From Desulfatiglandales bacterium (GTDB lineage: Bacteria > Desulfobacterota > DSM-4660 > Desulfatiglandales > HGW-15): DNA of 64,000 bases. Position 1 is the stretch's first letter, and each line of letters begins with the position of its first letter. Shown here one piece after another: positions 42,410 through 52,941 of the stretch. Location: the NCBI GenBank assembly GCA_963667015.2, contig CAXXJJ010000004.1, positions 1,856,001-1,920,000 on the forward strand, read 5' to 3'. The position numbers were made by a program, and so were the translations under genes. Below the pieces are notes generated by a model, which saw nothing but the letters and a program-made list of their open reading frames with translations, was not told the origin of the DNA and searched no databases.

Positions 42410-43666
42410 TTACTTTAGAAAATCCGGAATTACTTCACCTTTCACAAGATCTTCATAGGTTTCTCTTTCACGGATTGTATAATATCTGTCACCCTTGACC
42501 ATGACCTCGGCTACCCTGGGTCTTGAATTATATGATGATGACATGCTGAAACCGTAGGCACCTGCACTCATGACAGCTATAAGTTCATCCTGTTTCAGGG
42601 ATGGCAGTTCTCTGTTCTTTGCCAGGAAATCTCCCGATTCGCATATGGGGCCTACAATATCCATATTTATTATGTCTGTGGAATTCATCTTTACAGGTTT
42701 TACGCTGTGATATGATCCATAAAGACTTGGTCTGGCAAGATCATTCATTGCAGCATCAACTACTGTAAAATTCTTATCCTCGTTGGCCTTTGTATATAAA
42801 ACCTTTGCAACCAGTATACCGGAATTTGCCATGATTACCCTTCCCGGTTCAAGGATAAGTGTAAGTCCCATGTCACCCAGATTTTCCTTGAGGGCAGCAG
42901 CATATTCTTTCGGCAGCGGTGGTTTTTCATCATTGTAGGTGACACCCAGACCGCCCCCGAGATCGAGATTTTTTATTTTGATTCCGGCTTCTTCCAGCCT
43001 GACAATAAGTTCCTTGACCTTCTTTAGTGCGTCAACAAAGGGACTTACCTTTGTAAGCTGAGAACCTATGTGACAGGATACCCCTGTTACCTCAATATTG
43101 TCCATTTTTGAGGCGGCTGCATATTCATCAAATGATTTAGTGATATCAATACCGAATTTATTTTCCTTCAGGCCCGTGGAGATATAGGGGTGGGTCTGAG
43201 GGTCAACATCAGGATTGACACGGATAGCAATCCGCGCCTTTTTGCCGATACTGCCGGCAACTTCATTAAGTCTTATTATCTCCTGTGGAGACTCGGCATT
43301 AAACATAAGAATATCGGATTTCAGCGCATACTCAATTTCTTCCGCAGTTTTACCAACCCCTGAATAGACGATTTTATCAGGGATAACACCCGCCTTCAGA
43401 GCACGATAGAGCTCTCCGCCAGAAACGATATCCACTCCTCCTCCTGCCTGAGAAAAAAGCCTCAGAATAGCGCCGTTGGAGTTTGACTTCATTGAAAAGC
43501 AGGTAATATGATCTATTCCGTTAAAAGCCTCGTTAAATACCCTGAAATGTCTTTCAAGAGTTGCATAGGAATAGAGATAAAAAGGGGTTTTTACCTCCCG
43601 TGCGATTTCAGATATCTTTGTATCTTCACAATAAAGTTCCTGATCTTTATATTCAAAAAAATGCAT
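42410..43666 (-). CDS. lysA: Diaminopimelate decarboxylase
   Basis: MKSNSN, HIGSQ, DLGGG, EPGR, GPICESGD, YNSRPR. Confidence 0.97.
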   Translation of the reverse strand: MHFFEYKDQELYCEDTKISEIAREVKTPFYLYSYATLERHFRVFNEAFNGIDHITCFSMKSNSNGAILRLFSQAGGGVDIVSGGELYRALKAGVIPDKIVYSGVGKTAEEIEYALKSDILMFNAESPQEIIRLNEVAGSIGKKARIAIRVNPDVDPQTHPYISTGLKENKFGIDITKSFDEYAAASKMDNIEVTGVSCHIGSQLTKVSPFVDALKKVKELIVRLEEAGIKIKNLDLGGGLGVTYNDEKPPLPKEYAAALKENLGDMGLTLILEPGRVIMANSGILVAKVLYTKANEDKNFTVVDAAMNDLARPSLYGSYHSVKPVKMNSTDIINMDIVGPICESGDFLAKNRELPSLKQDELIAVMSAGAYGFSMSSSYNSRPRVAEVMVKGDRYYTIRERETYEDLVKGEVIPDFLK

Positions 43667-43707
43667 ATTTTATATATTCCTTTTGATTAATTGCTTTTAA
43701 ATTAAAA

Positions 43708-43848
43708 TCATTCTTGATTTTTCCCTTCTTCGGAAATGTTGACTACTCCCTTATCGGAGAAGACCGGGGGAGTTTTTCTTCCGCATCCGGCAAACAAAAC
43801 AATGAATAAAAGCAGTACAAACATAATAATCAATCTTCTGCTGTTCAA
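43708..43848 (-). CDS. Small lipoprotein (LppL/LptM-like), 46 aa, absent from the ORF track
   Basis: TTG start overlapping argH stop, AAGGAG RBS; MNSRRLIIMFVLLLFIVLFAG-CGRKTPPVF... Confidence 0.7.
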   Translation of the reverse strand: MNSRRLIIMFVLLLFIVLFAGCGRKTPPVFSDKGVVNISEEGKNQE

Positions 43849-45224
43849 GATTTAATCTCCTTTAAGGCCTTTGCAAGACTCTTTTTAACCGCTTCAGAGC
43901 CGGTACCTCCATGAAGATTTCTTCTCTTTACAGCGGAAGCAGGTTCGAGCCAGTCATAGACATCCTTTGTAATCTGCCTGGCAAAGCCCTGCAGTTCCTG
44001 AAGGGTGAGCTGTTTAAGCGTCCTGCTTTCTTCAATGGCAAAGAGGACTACCCTTCCTACAACCTCATGGGCGTTCCTGAAGGTCATCCCTTTGTTAACA
44101 AGGTAGTCAGCAAGATCTGTTGCCATAAGGTGACCCTCTTCAGTTGCACTTTCCATCCTTTGGCTGTCAAAGGTAATTTCACTTACCAGCATACTGAGAA
44201 CCGTTAAGCACTGTTCTACAGTATCGACAGTATCAAAGAGACCTTCCTTGTCTTCCTGCATATCCTTGTTATATGTAAGAGGAAGTCCTTTCATTGTTGT
44301 CAGAAGCCCAGTCAGGTTGCCGTATACCCTTCCGGTTTTACCCCTGATGAGCTCAAGCACATCGGGATTTTTTTTCTGGGGCATGATACTGCTTCCGGTA
44401 CAGAAAGCATCGGGCAGAATCACAAAACCGAACTCCCTGCTTGACCACAGCACTATTTCTTCACTTAATCTGCTCAGGTGCATCATAAGCACCGAGGCTG
44501 CAAACAGGTACTCAAGGACAAAGTCACGGTCACTTACTGCATCCATGCTGTTATCGGATATGGAATCAAATCCAAGTTCTTCTGCCACCATATTGCGATC
44601 AAGATTAAATGTAGTGCCTGCAAGTGCCGCGCTTCCCAGAGGGAGAACATTGACTCTTTTTAGGCAGTCACTGAAACGGGCAGAATCCCGTTTAAGCATC
44701 TCGTAATAAGCAAGAAGATGATGCGCAAGCAGGACAGGCTGTGCCGGCTGCATATGGGTATAACCCGGCATCAGAACAGTGCTGTTTTTATCAGCCAGCA
44801 CTACGAGCGATGTCTGCATATCCCTGATAAGGGAAAGCATCCTTTCAACTGCTCCTCTCACATAAAGCCTTACATCAAGAGCGACCTGATCATTCCTGCT
44901 TCTTCCGGCATGTACCTTTTCTCCAAGCTGCCCGACCTTTTCAATAAGTGTCTTCTCAACAAGGGAATGGATATCTTCATGGTCCTCACCGGCAATAAAC
45001 TCACCCCTGGAAATCTCTCTTTTTATCTCTACCAGGGCGCCGATTATCTGTGAGGCATCATCTTCTGTGATAATACCCTGTTTTGCAAGCATACGGCAGT
45101 GGGCCATGGATCCGTCTATATCCTGGCTGTAGAGTCTTTTATCAAAATTAATGGAGGCGTTGAATGCGTCAACAATTTCATTGATATTTTCCTTAAATCG
45201 CCCGCCCCATACTTTTTTTGCCAT
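43845..45224 (-). CDS. argH: Argininosuccinate lyase
   Basis: WGGRF, GRSRNDQ, PGYTH, GSSIMPQKKNPD. Confidence 0.98.
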   Translation of the reverse strand: MAKKVWGGRFKENINEIVDAFNASINFDKRLYSQDIDGSMAHCRMLAKQGIITEDDASQIIGALVEIKREISRGEFIAGEDHEDIHSLVEKTLIEKVGQLGEKVHAGRSRNDQVALDVRLYVRGAVERMLSLIRDMQTSLVVLADKNSTVLMPGYTHMQPAQPVLLAHHLLAYYEMLKRDSARFSDCLKRVNVLPLGSAALAGTTFNLDRNMVAEELGFDSISDNSMDAVSDRDFVLEYLFAASVLMMHLSRLSEEIVLWSSREFGFVILPDAFCTGSSIMPQKKNPDVLELIRGKTGRVYGNLTGLLTTMKGLPLTYNKDMQEDKEGLFDTVDTVEQCLTVLSMLVSEITFDSQRMESATEEGHLMATDLADYLVNKGMTFRNAHEVVGRVVLFAIEESRTLKQLTLQELQGFARQITKDVYDWLEPASAVKRRNLHGGTGSEAVKKSLAKALKEIKS

Positions 45225-45315
45225 TTAATTCTTCCTTTTATTAAACAGTATTTTATAAGCATCCGGCTGACAGCTGAACGCTGACAGCTTAAATTCAAAA
45301 ACTATGTTTTTGAAT

Positions 45316-46521
45316 TTACTTTTTCTTCATAAGACTTGCTATCCGCAGCCTCAATGCATTCAGTTTGATAAAACCTTCCGCATCCGCCTGGTTATATACA
45401 TCCTCTCCTTCAAAGGTGGCATATTCAGGATTAAACAGTGAAGAATCTGATTTTCTGCCAACCGTAACGCAGTTACCCTTGTAAAGTTTAAGACGTGCTG
45501 TTCCGGTTACGTTTTCCTGGCTTTTATCAATAAGGGCCTGCATCATCTCCCTTTCGGGCGAGAACCAGTAACCGTTATATATCAGGTCAGCGTAACGGGG
45601 AACAAGGCCATCCCGGATATGCATTACTTCCCGGTCCATTGTTATGGACTCTACAGCCTGATGAGCGACCCTCAGTATTGTTCCGCCCGGGGTCTCATAG
45701 ACACCCCTGGATTTCATACCCACATAACGGTTTTCAACAAGATCAAACCTGCCTATTCCGTTTTTCCCTCCCAGATCATTAAGGTATGCGAGGAGTTCGG
45801 CAGGACTCATTTTTTTGCCATCCACTGCAACAGGATTACCCTTTTCAAAATCCACCTCAATATAGGTTGCCTTGTCCGGTGCATTTTCAGGAGATACGGA
45901 AAGAACAAACATATCTTCCTTTGCCTCTGCCCATGTATCTTCCAGGATACCGCCCTCAAAACTGATATGAAGAAGGTTTCTGTCACTTGAATAGGGTTTT
46001 GCCTTTGTCACGGGCACAGGTATGTTTTTTTTCTTTGCATAGGCAACAAGGTCTTCCCTGCCTTTAAAATCCCAGGTCCTCCAGGGTGCTATAATCTTGA
46101 TGCCCGGTTCCAGCGCCATATAAGCCATTTCAAACCTTACCTGGTCATTCCCCTTGCCTGTAGCACCATGAGACACAGCATCAGCGCCTGTCTTCCTGGC
46201 TGCCTCAATCTGTCGCAATGCTATTAAGGGCCGTGCAAGTGACGTCCCCAGAAGATATCCGGACTCATAGACTGCGTTTGCCCTCAGGGCCGGCCAAACA
46301 TAATCGTTAACGAACTCTTCACGAAGATCTTCTATAATTACCTCTTCGGCGCCCGTCTTTATTGCCTTCTCCCTGATCTCATCGACCTCATCTCCCTGTC
46401 CGAGGTCAGCAGCATATGCGACTACAGGGCATTGATATGTATCTTTCAACCAGGCAAGAATTACCGATGTATCCAGTCCGCCTGAATAGGCCAGCACTAT
46501 TTTATTAACTTTTTCACTCAT
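45316..46521 (-). CDS. argG: Argininosuccinate synthase
   Basis: [34 protein letters not shown]. Confidence 0.98.
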   Translation of the reverse strand: MSEKVNKIVLAYSGGLDTSVILAWLKDTYQCPVVAYAADLGQGDEVDEIREKAIKTGAEEVIIEDLREEFVNDYVWPALRANAVYESGYLLGTSLARPLIALRQIEAARKTGADAVSHGATGKGNDQVRFEMAYMALEPGIKIIAPWRTWDFKGREDLVAYAKKKNIPVPVTKAKPYSSDRNLLHISFEGGILEDTWAEAKEDMFVLSVSPENAPDKATYIEVDFEKGNPVAVDGKKMSPAELLAYLNDLGGKNGIGRFDLVENRYVGMKSRGVYETPGGTILRVAHQAVESITMDREVMHIRDGLVPRYADLIYNGYWFSPEREMMQALIDKSQENVTGTARLKLYKGNCVTVGRKSDSSLFNPEYATFEGEDVYNQADAEGFIKLNALRLRIASLMKKK

Positions 46522-46535
46522 TATGTTTCTCCTAT

Positions 46536-47432
46536 TTATCCTGCAATTATCGTTTCCAGCAATGCCTGATGGAGGTGAAGTTTGTTCTCAGCCTGATCAA
46601 ATACTACGGAATTGGGACCGTCCAGCACTTCCGATGTAATTTCTTCACCCCGGTGTGCAGGCAGACAGTGCATGACAATGACATCAGGTTCTGCGAGTTT
46701 AACAAGCTTTGTATCGACCTGGTATGCCTTGAAATCCGCAAGCCTCTGTTCTTCCTCATCCTCCTGCCCCATGCTGGCCCAAACATCAGTATTGATAACT
46801 GCCGCACCCTTTGCCGCCTCTTCCGGGTCATCAACAACCCTGATATTATCGCTGCTTCCATCCATAATTTGCGGCAGGGGCTTATAGCCCTTCGGGCAGG
46901 CCAGTGCAAGCTCAAAGCCCAGAACCTGAGCCGCCATTATCCATGAATGGGCCACATTATTTCCATCACCGATCCAGGCGATCTTGATACCATTTAAAGA
47001 ACCCTTCTTCTCTTTAACCGTTACCATATCGCTCAGTACCTGACAGGGATGATATAGGTCTGACAGGGCATTTATTACGGGGATATCAGAATATTTTGCC
47101 ATCTCCTCCAGAAGATCCTGGGAGTAGGTTCTTATTGCCAGTGCATCAATATAACGTGACAGCACCTTGGCAGTATCATGTATATTCTCGTCCCTCGACA
47201 TCTGGGTATCGGATCTGTTTAAAAAGATGGTCTGACCTCCCAGTCTGAACATGGCTATTTCAAAAGACACACGTGTTCTGGTCGATGCCTTTTCAAAAAT
47301 GAGGCCCAGTGTATACCCCTGAAGGGAACGGTTTGCATTTCTTTCCTGGGATTTAATTTCAATAGCCCGGTCGATTAAGGCCAGGATTTCTTCCTTGCTC
47401 AAGTCATTTATGGATAGTAGGTGTTTTTTCAT
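46536..47432 (-). CDS. argF: Ornithine carbamoyltransferase
   Basis: STRTR, HPCQ, WASMG, HCLP. Confidence 0.97.
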   Translation of the reverse strand: MKKHLLSINDLSKEEILALIDRAIEIKSQERNANRSLQGYTLGLIFEKASTRTRVSFEIAMFRLGGQTIFLNRSDTQMSRDENIHDTAKVLSRYIDALAIRTYSQDLLEEMAKYSDIPVINALSDLYHPCQVLSDMVTVKEKKGSLNGIKIAWIGDGNNVAHSWIMAAQVLGFELALACPKGYKPLPQIMDGSSDNIRVVDDPEEAAKGAAVINTDVWASMGQEDEEEQRLADFKAYQVDTKLVKLAEPDVIVMHCLPAHRGEEITSEVLDGPNSVVFDQAENKLHLHQALLETIIAG

Positions 47433-48628
47433 TTAATATTCCCGAAAATTTCATTTAAACAGTTTATAAGCGAGTCAACTTCTTCCTTTGAAATAATCAA
47501 AGGGGGCACAAAACGGAGTACTTTCTCATGAGCACAAACTATTAAAAAACCCTTATCCATGCATTGAGTAACTATTCCTGCTCCGGGCATATCCAGTTCC
47601 AGCCCGTTTATAAGTCCGTATCCGCGCACATCCTTTATAAAACTATATTTTTCCTTCAGTTCAAAAAGTTTTTGCCTGAAGTATTCACCTGTTTCACTGC
47701 ATTTTTCAAGAATGCCGTCTTCCAAAAGCGATTTCACCACCGCCTCGGCCACAGCTGTAACCAGCGGTGTACCGCCGAATGTAGTTGCATGGCTGCCCGG
47801 TCCAAACGCGCTGTTGAGCTCTTCCTTGGCAAGCATTGCACCGATGGGAAGACCGTTACCGAGAGCCTTTGCAAGAGTCATGATATCAGGTTCGACATCA
47901 AAATTCTCATAGGCAAAAAGCTTCCCAGTTCTGCCTGTTCCTACCTGCACCTCATCAAAAATAAGCAGGATATTTTTGCTGTCACAGATTTCCCTTACAG
48001 ATTTCAGGTAACCCGGTTCAGGACATATAACCCCGCCTTCCCCCTGTATAGGCTCCAGCATTACAGCACACACTGTATCATCAATGGCATTCTCCAGAGC
48101 GGCAGCATCATTAAAGGGGACGAATTTAAAGCCAACCAGCAGGGGATTATATCCTTTCTTTATCTTATCCTGACCGGTCGCGGAGAGTGTCGCCATTGTC
48201 CTGCCATGGAATGAATTTTCCATGGTAATTATTGTGTTCCGGCCTGAACCGTATTTTTCATTTGAATAGCGTCGGGCAAGCTTGATAGCCGCCTCATTTG
48301 CTTCAGCACCGCTGTTGCAGAAAAATACCCTGTCTGCGAAAGAATTTTCCACAAGGAGTCTGGCCAGTCTTGTCTGGGGCACTGTATAGTACAGGTTTGA
48401 CACATGAACCAGTTCCGTTGCCTGTTCCGCCAGTGCATCTGCAACAACAGGAGAACTGTGTCCAAGGGAGCATACTGCAATTCCGCCTACAAAATCGATA
48501 TACTCTTTTCCATGTTCATCCCACACACGACATCCATCCCCCTTAACAAGTGTAAGTGGAAAACGGCCGTAGGTCTGAAACATATATTTATCGGCCTGGT
48601 TCTGGATGTCTGTTTTCTGTTCACTCAT
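47429..48628 (-). CDS. argD: Acetylornithine aminotransferase
   Basis: NSGAEANE, FHGRT, DEVQ, AKALG; start at MSEQK after GGAG. Confidence 0.93.
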   Translation of the reverse strand: MSEQKTDIQNQADKYMFQTYGRFPLTLVKGDGCRVWDEHGKEYIDFVGGIAVCSLGHSSPVVADALAEQATELVHVSNLYYTVPQTRLARLLVENSFADRVFFCNSGAEANEAAIKLARRYSNEKYGSGRNTIITMENSFHGRTMATLSATGQDKIKKGYNPLLVGFKFVPFNDAAALENAIDDTVCAVMLEPIQGEGGVICPEPGYLKSVREICDSKNILLIFDEVQVGTGRTGKLFAYENFDVEPDIMTLAKALGNGLPIGAMLAKEELNSAFGPGSHATTFGGTPLVTAVAEAVVKSLLEDGILEKCSETGEYFRQKLFELKEKYSFIKDVRGYGLINGLELDMPGAGIVTQCMDKGFLIVCAHEKVLRFVPPLIISKEEVDSLINCLNEIFGNIK

Positions 48629-48656
48629 TTTTTTATCTCCATGTTCCAAATCAACG

Positions 48657-49541
48657 CTACTTAATGATCTCAGTTCCAATTCCGCCCTTTGTGAATATTT
48701 CAAGCAGGATAGCATGTTCTTTTCTGCCGTCAATTATATGGGCCTTGCTTACACCAGTGGCCAGAGCCTCCAGACAGCAGTTTACCTTTGGGATCATGCC
48801 GCCTTTAATAGTCCCCTCTTTTATAAGCTCCCCGATTTCATCAGCCCTGATACTTGATATCAGATCTCCATTCTTATCAAGAACTCCCTCTGTATCAGTG
48901 AGCAGTATCAGTTTACGGGCCTTTAGAGAAGCGGCTATGCTGCCTGCAACAAGGTCGGCATTGATATTAAATGTCTTACCGCCTTCTCCCACGCCAACAG
49001 GGGCTATTACCGGGATAAACTGGGCATCGATAAGGCTCAGGAGCACCCTGTTGTTTACCTTCTCGATTTCCCCCACCATGCCTATATCAATAATCTCCGG
49101 AGGCTGGTTATCTCCTTTATCCCTCATATATTTCATTTTGCGGGCGATTAAAAGCTTACCGTCCTTGCCCGAAAGCCCTACCGACTGACCGCCGTTCTGG
49201 TTTATGAAAGAAACAATCTCCTTGTTGACCTTTCCTACCAGGACCATTTCAACCACGTCCATGGTCTCCTGATCCGTTACTCTCATCCCGTCAACAAACT
49301 GCGACTCGATAGAAAGGCTTTTGAGCAGCTTGCCTATCTGCGGGCCTCCGCCGTGTACAACAACCGGATTAAGCCCGACATATTTCATCAGTATTATGTC
49401 CAGGGCAAAGTTCTTTTTGAGATTTTCATCCACCATGGCATTCCCGCCATACTTGACCACGATAGTCTCATTATTGAACTTCTGAATATATGGCAGCGCC
49501 TCAATAAGAACACTGGCAGTATTTGGTATCTGTTCACTCAT
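48657..49541 (-). CDS. argB: Acetylglutamate kinase
   Basis: [27 protein letters not shown]. Confidence 0.97.
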   Translation of the reverse strand: MSEQIPNTASVLIEALPYIQKFNNETIVVKYGGNAMVDENLKKNFALDIILMKYVGLNPVVVHGGGPQIGKLLKSLSIESQFVDGMRVTDQETMDVVEMVLVGKVNKEIVSFINQNGGQSVGLSGKDGKLLIARKMKYMRDKGDNQPPEIIDIGMVGEIEKVNNRVLLSLIDAQFIPVIAPVGVGEGGKTFNINADLVAGSIAASLKARKLILLTDTEGVLDKNGDLISSIRADEIGELIKEGTIKGGMIPKVNCCLEALATGVSKAHIIDGRKEHAILLEIFTKGGIGTEIIK

Positions 49542-49618
49542 GTTTTAACTCGAATAAATTTTTTTTTGGTTTTTGCCTTTGTTTTTACCCTGCACCCTGA
49601 ACCATGCGCCTTGAGCCT

Positions 49619-51013
49619 TTAAAGGATGTACCTGCTAAGGTTTTCATCCTCCATGATATCCTCCAGCTTACCCTTAACATAGTCACTGTCTATTACCACG
49701 GATTTGGTTTCAAGATCAGGCGCATCAAAAGATATCTCATCAAGCAGTTTTTCCATTACCGTATGAAGACGCCTTGCACCGATATTTTCCATCTGTTCAT
49801 TGACGGTCGCAGATATTGAGGCAATCTCTTCAATGGCGGAATCCTCAAATACCAGGTCAATACCCTCTGTTTCAAGAAGCGCCTTATACTGAGTAATGAG
49901 GGCATTCTGCGGTTCAGTAAGAATCCTGATAAAATCCTCCATATCGAGTGAATCAAGCTCAACCCTTATAGGGAACCTTCCCTGCAGTTCAGGAAGCAGA
50001 TCAGAAGGTTTACTCACATTAAATGCCCCTGCTGCAATAAACAGGATATGGTCCGTCTTTACCATTCCGTATTTTGTAATCACGGTTGAACCTTCAACAA
50101 TGGGGAGCAGGTCACGCTGCACACCTTCACGTGACACATCAGGACCCTGCCTTGAGTCGTTGCCTGCCACCTTGTCAAGCTCATCCAGAAAGATAATACC
50201 ATTCTGCTCTGTATTGCGTATAGCCTCCGATGTTACCTTTTCCATATCTATAAGCTTCTGTGACTCTTCCTGGAATAAAACCTCAAGGGCCTCGGGAACC
50301 TTAAGCCTTCGTTTTTTGTTCTTTCCTGGAAAGATATTGCCAAGCATATCTTTCATATTGAATTCCATCTCCTCGATACCGGAACTGGAAAAAATCTCGA
50401 TCATGGGAGTTGCCTTATGGGATGTTTCAAGCTCCACATACCTGTTGTCCAGTTTACCGTCCTTCAGCATCTGCCTCAGCTTGTCCCTTGTCTTGGTATT
50501 ATCGGGCGGTTCAGGAACGGCTATATCAAGTGAATTTTCTCTATCCTGCTCCACATTCTCCGGAGCCGGGGGGGCATCTGCATTACCGGGCAGAAGCATA
50601 TCAAGGAGTCTTTCCTGTGCCATCTCCTCCGCTTTGATCTTTACATCCTCCTGCTCCTCTTTTTTTGTCATATTTACGGCAAGCTCTGTCAGGTCCCTTA
50701 TCATTGACTCTACATCCCTGCCGATATAACCCACTTCCGTGAATTTAGTTGCCTCCACCTTAATAAAGGGAGATTTAGCAAGAGTTGCAAGACGCCTGGC
50801 TATTTCAGTTTTTCCTACCCCTGTCGGACCTATCATTATAATATTTTTAGGGGCTATTTCATCCCTTAATTCCGGGGTTACCTGCTGCCTTCTCCACCTG
50901 TTTCTCAGGGCGATTGCAACTGAACGCTTGGCCGGATCCTGGCCTATTATATATTTATCAAGTTCGGCAACTATCTCTGCCGGTGTCAGCATTTTCATCG
51001 AATTTTCCATCAT
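49619..51013 (-). CDS. hslU: ATP-dependent protease ATPase subunit HslU
   Basis: [33 protein letters not shown]. Confidence 0.98.
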   Translation of the reverse strand: MMENSMKMLTPAEIVAELDKYIIGQDPAKRSVAIALRNRWRRQQVTPELRDEIAPKNIIMIGPTGVGKTEIARRLATLAKSPFIKVEATKFTEVGYIGRDVESMIRDLTELAVNMTKKEEQEDVKIKAEEMAQERLLDMLLPGNADAPPAPENVEQDRENSLDIAVPEPPDNTKTRDKLRQMLKDGKLDNRYVELETSHKATPMIEIFSSSGIEEMEFNMKDMLGNIFPGKNKKRRLKVPEALEVLFQEESQKLIDMEKVTSEAIRNTEQNGIIFLDELDKVAGNDSRQGPDVSREGVQRDLLPIVEGSTVITKYGMVKTDHILFIAAGAFNVSKPSDLLPELQGRFPIRVELDSLDMEDFIRILTEPQNALITQYKALLETEGIDLVFEDSAIEEIASISATVNEQMENIGARRLHTVMEKLLDEISFDAPDLETKSVVIDSDYVKGKLEDIMEDENLSRYIL

Positions 51014-51035
51014 ATTACCTTAATTTAACACATCT

Positions 51036-51596
51036 TTAATCAGTTATATCAAGCTCAATTGTTTCAATCACATCATTTGTATAAAGACAAATAGTTGAAG
51101 TTATATGCATGGCCTCTCTGGCAATATCCAGTGCATCCAGATCGGAATGTTTTACCAGCGCCTTTGCCGCAGCCAGTGCATATGGGGCACCCGAACCGAT
51201 GCTTGCAACATCATCATCCGGTTCAATAACATCCCCGGTCCCCGAGATTATCAGGGTATGCTCCTGATCCATTGCCAGAAGAAGGGCTTCAAGGTTTCTT
51301 AAGACCTTGTCTGTACGCCAGTCCTTTGCCAGCTCAACGGCGGCCCGTGTCAACTGGCCCTTGTACTGCTCCAGTTTGCCCTCAAGCTTTTCAAAAAGAT
51401 TAAAGGCATCAGCAGCGGCGCCTGCGAATCCCACAATCACACTGTCATCATACATATAACGGACCTTTTTGGCCTTATGTTTCATAATGGTTTCGCCCAG
51501 CGTCACCTGCCCGTCTCCAGCCATTACACACCTGCCGTCTTTCCTCACTGCAAGAATAGTAGTCGCCCTTATCTTTTTATTTCCGTTTATTGCCAT
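51036..51596 (-). CDS. hslV: ATP-dependent protease subunit HslV
   Basis: TTILAV, AGDGQVT, IGSG, ICLYTN. Confidence 0.97.
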   Translation of the reverse strand: MAINGNKKIRATTILAVRKDGRCVMAGDGQVTLGETIMKHKAKKVRYMYDDSVIVGFAGAAADAFNLFEKLEGKLEQYKGQLTRAAVELAKDWRTDKVLRNLEALLLAMDQEHTLIISGTGDVIEPDDDVASIGSGAPYALAAAKALVKHSDLDALDIAREAMHITSTICLYTNDVIETIELDITD

Positions 51597-51615
51597 ATAT
51601 CCTTACCTTTTATCA

Positions 51616-52530
51616 CTATTTTCTTGGATGAGCCCTGTCATAGACTTCCATCAGTTTATCAAGAGACACATGAGTGTATCTCTGTGTCGTAGAAAGGCTT
51701 GCATGCCCTAATAGTTCCTGTACCGATCTGAGATCCGCCCCGCTGTCAAGGAGATGCGTTGCAAATGTATGCCTCAGCGAATGAGGTGTAATATCATTCA
51801 CCAGACCATATTTTACGGTAAACTTCTTTATAATAGTGCTTACACTTCTTGAACTCAGCCTCCCGCCGCTTTTATTCAGGAACAAAGGCCTTTTTGAAGA
51901 CCCATCCGCATTCCCGGTCTTTTTTCTAAGAAGAACTGACTGGTCCAGGTATTTTGCTACTGATGCAAGCGCCTTTTTTCCTATGGGCACTATCCGTTCC
52001 TTATTGCCCTTTCCTATTACTCTCACGAGCCGCTCTTTAAAATCAATATCCGTCAGATTCAGGCCGGTTAACTCAGAAACACGAATTCCGCAGGAATAAA
52101 GAACTTCCAGAATTGCCTGATTTCTTACCCCCTCAAGATTAACCGGCTCAGGGGCATCAAGAAGCATAAACATGTCGTCAATATTCAAATACTCCGGAAT
52201 ATAACTTCCCTGTTTTGGGGAGGATATCTCTGCGGCAGGATTACCTTCATTTAAATTGTTTTTTTCTAAAAAAACGAAAAAAGTACGAATAGCTGAAAGT
52301 TTTCGCGATATTGTTGTTTTCTTATATCTATTAAAAAGTCCCCCCAGATATGCCCTGATTACATGAAAATCTATTTGTTTAAGGTCTATATTTTTGCTAT
52401 CGTCATTTTTTTTTAAATAATCAAAAAAATGGCGCAGATCTGTCTCATAATTTCTGACAGTATTAAGGGAATACCCCCTCTGAGATTTTATGTAATCAAC
52501 AAACCTTTCTATGTATTCATTTATCGTCAT
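51616..52530 (-). CDS. xerC: Tyrosine recombinase XerC
   Basis: GIRVSEL, GKGNKER, HSLRHTFATH, LGHASLSTTQRY; upstream of hslVU. Confidence 0.9.
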   Translation of the reverse strand: MTINEYIERFVDYIKSQRGYSLNTVRNYETDLRHFFDYLKKNDDSKNIDLKQIDFHVIRAYLGGLFNRYKKTTISRKLSAIRTFFVFLEKNNLNEGNPAAEISSPKQGSYIPEYLNIDDMFMLLDAPEPVNLEGVRNQAILEVLYSCGIRVSELTGLNLTDIDFKERLVRVIGKGNKERIVPIGKKALASVAKYLDQSVLLRKKTGNADGSSKRPLFLNKSGGRLSSRSVSTIIKKFTVKYGLVNDITPHSLRHTFATHLLDSGADLRSVQELLGHASLSTTQRYTHVSLDKLMEVYDRAHPRK

Positions 52531-52941
52531 TTTTTCAATGTATATTTCATTTTGAAAAAGTGTTTAAGATAACATATTCATATTAATTGGCAATTAAAAA
52601 ATCACAGCATTTTATGAGAGATAAAGAGGCTAAATTAGAGCCATTGAGACTTAACTGTCTAATAACTTAATAGTTTTACACGCAAAACTGTGCATCATGC
52701 ACATGTAAATGTTCATCTTTTCCCATTAAACAGCAGAAAAACTAACAGGCTTCAGTCTGTTTTTCCGATTCTTAAGGATTCAGAGAGGATTCGTATATAG
52801 ATTTCAGGAGGGTAATAAAAAGAATTTCCTGTCCTTAAACAGTACTCCATCGTTCCCAGGCTTCGACCGGGAAATCTTACCCGCTTTCTTGAGCATAGGA
52901 AGAACCTCATACCGGAATGCCGCGCTAAGGTCCTGTATAGG

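Noticed and set aside
51616..52530. Possible integron integrase for the cassette-like region
   Set aside because: Housekeeping xerC-hslVU context, no IntI-specific insertion evident, and no convincing attC or dif site found
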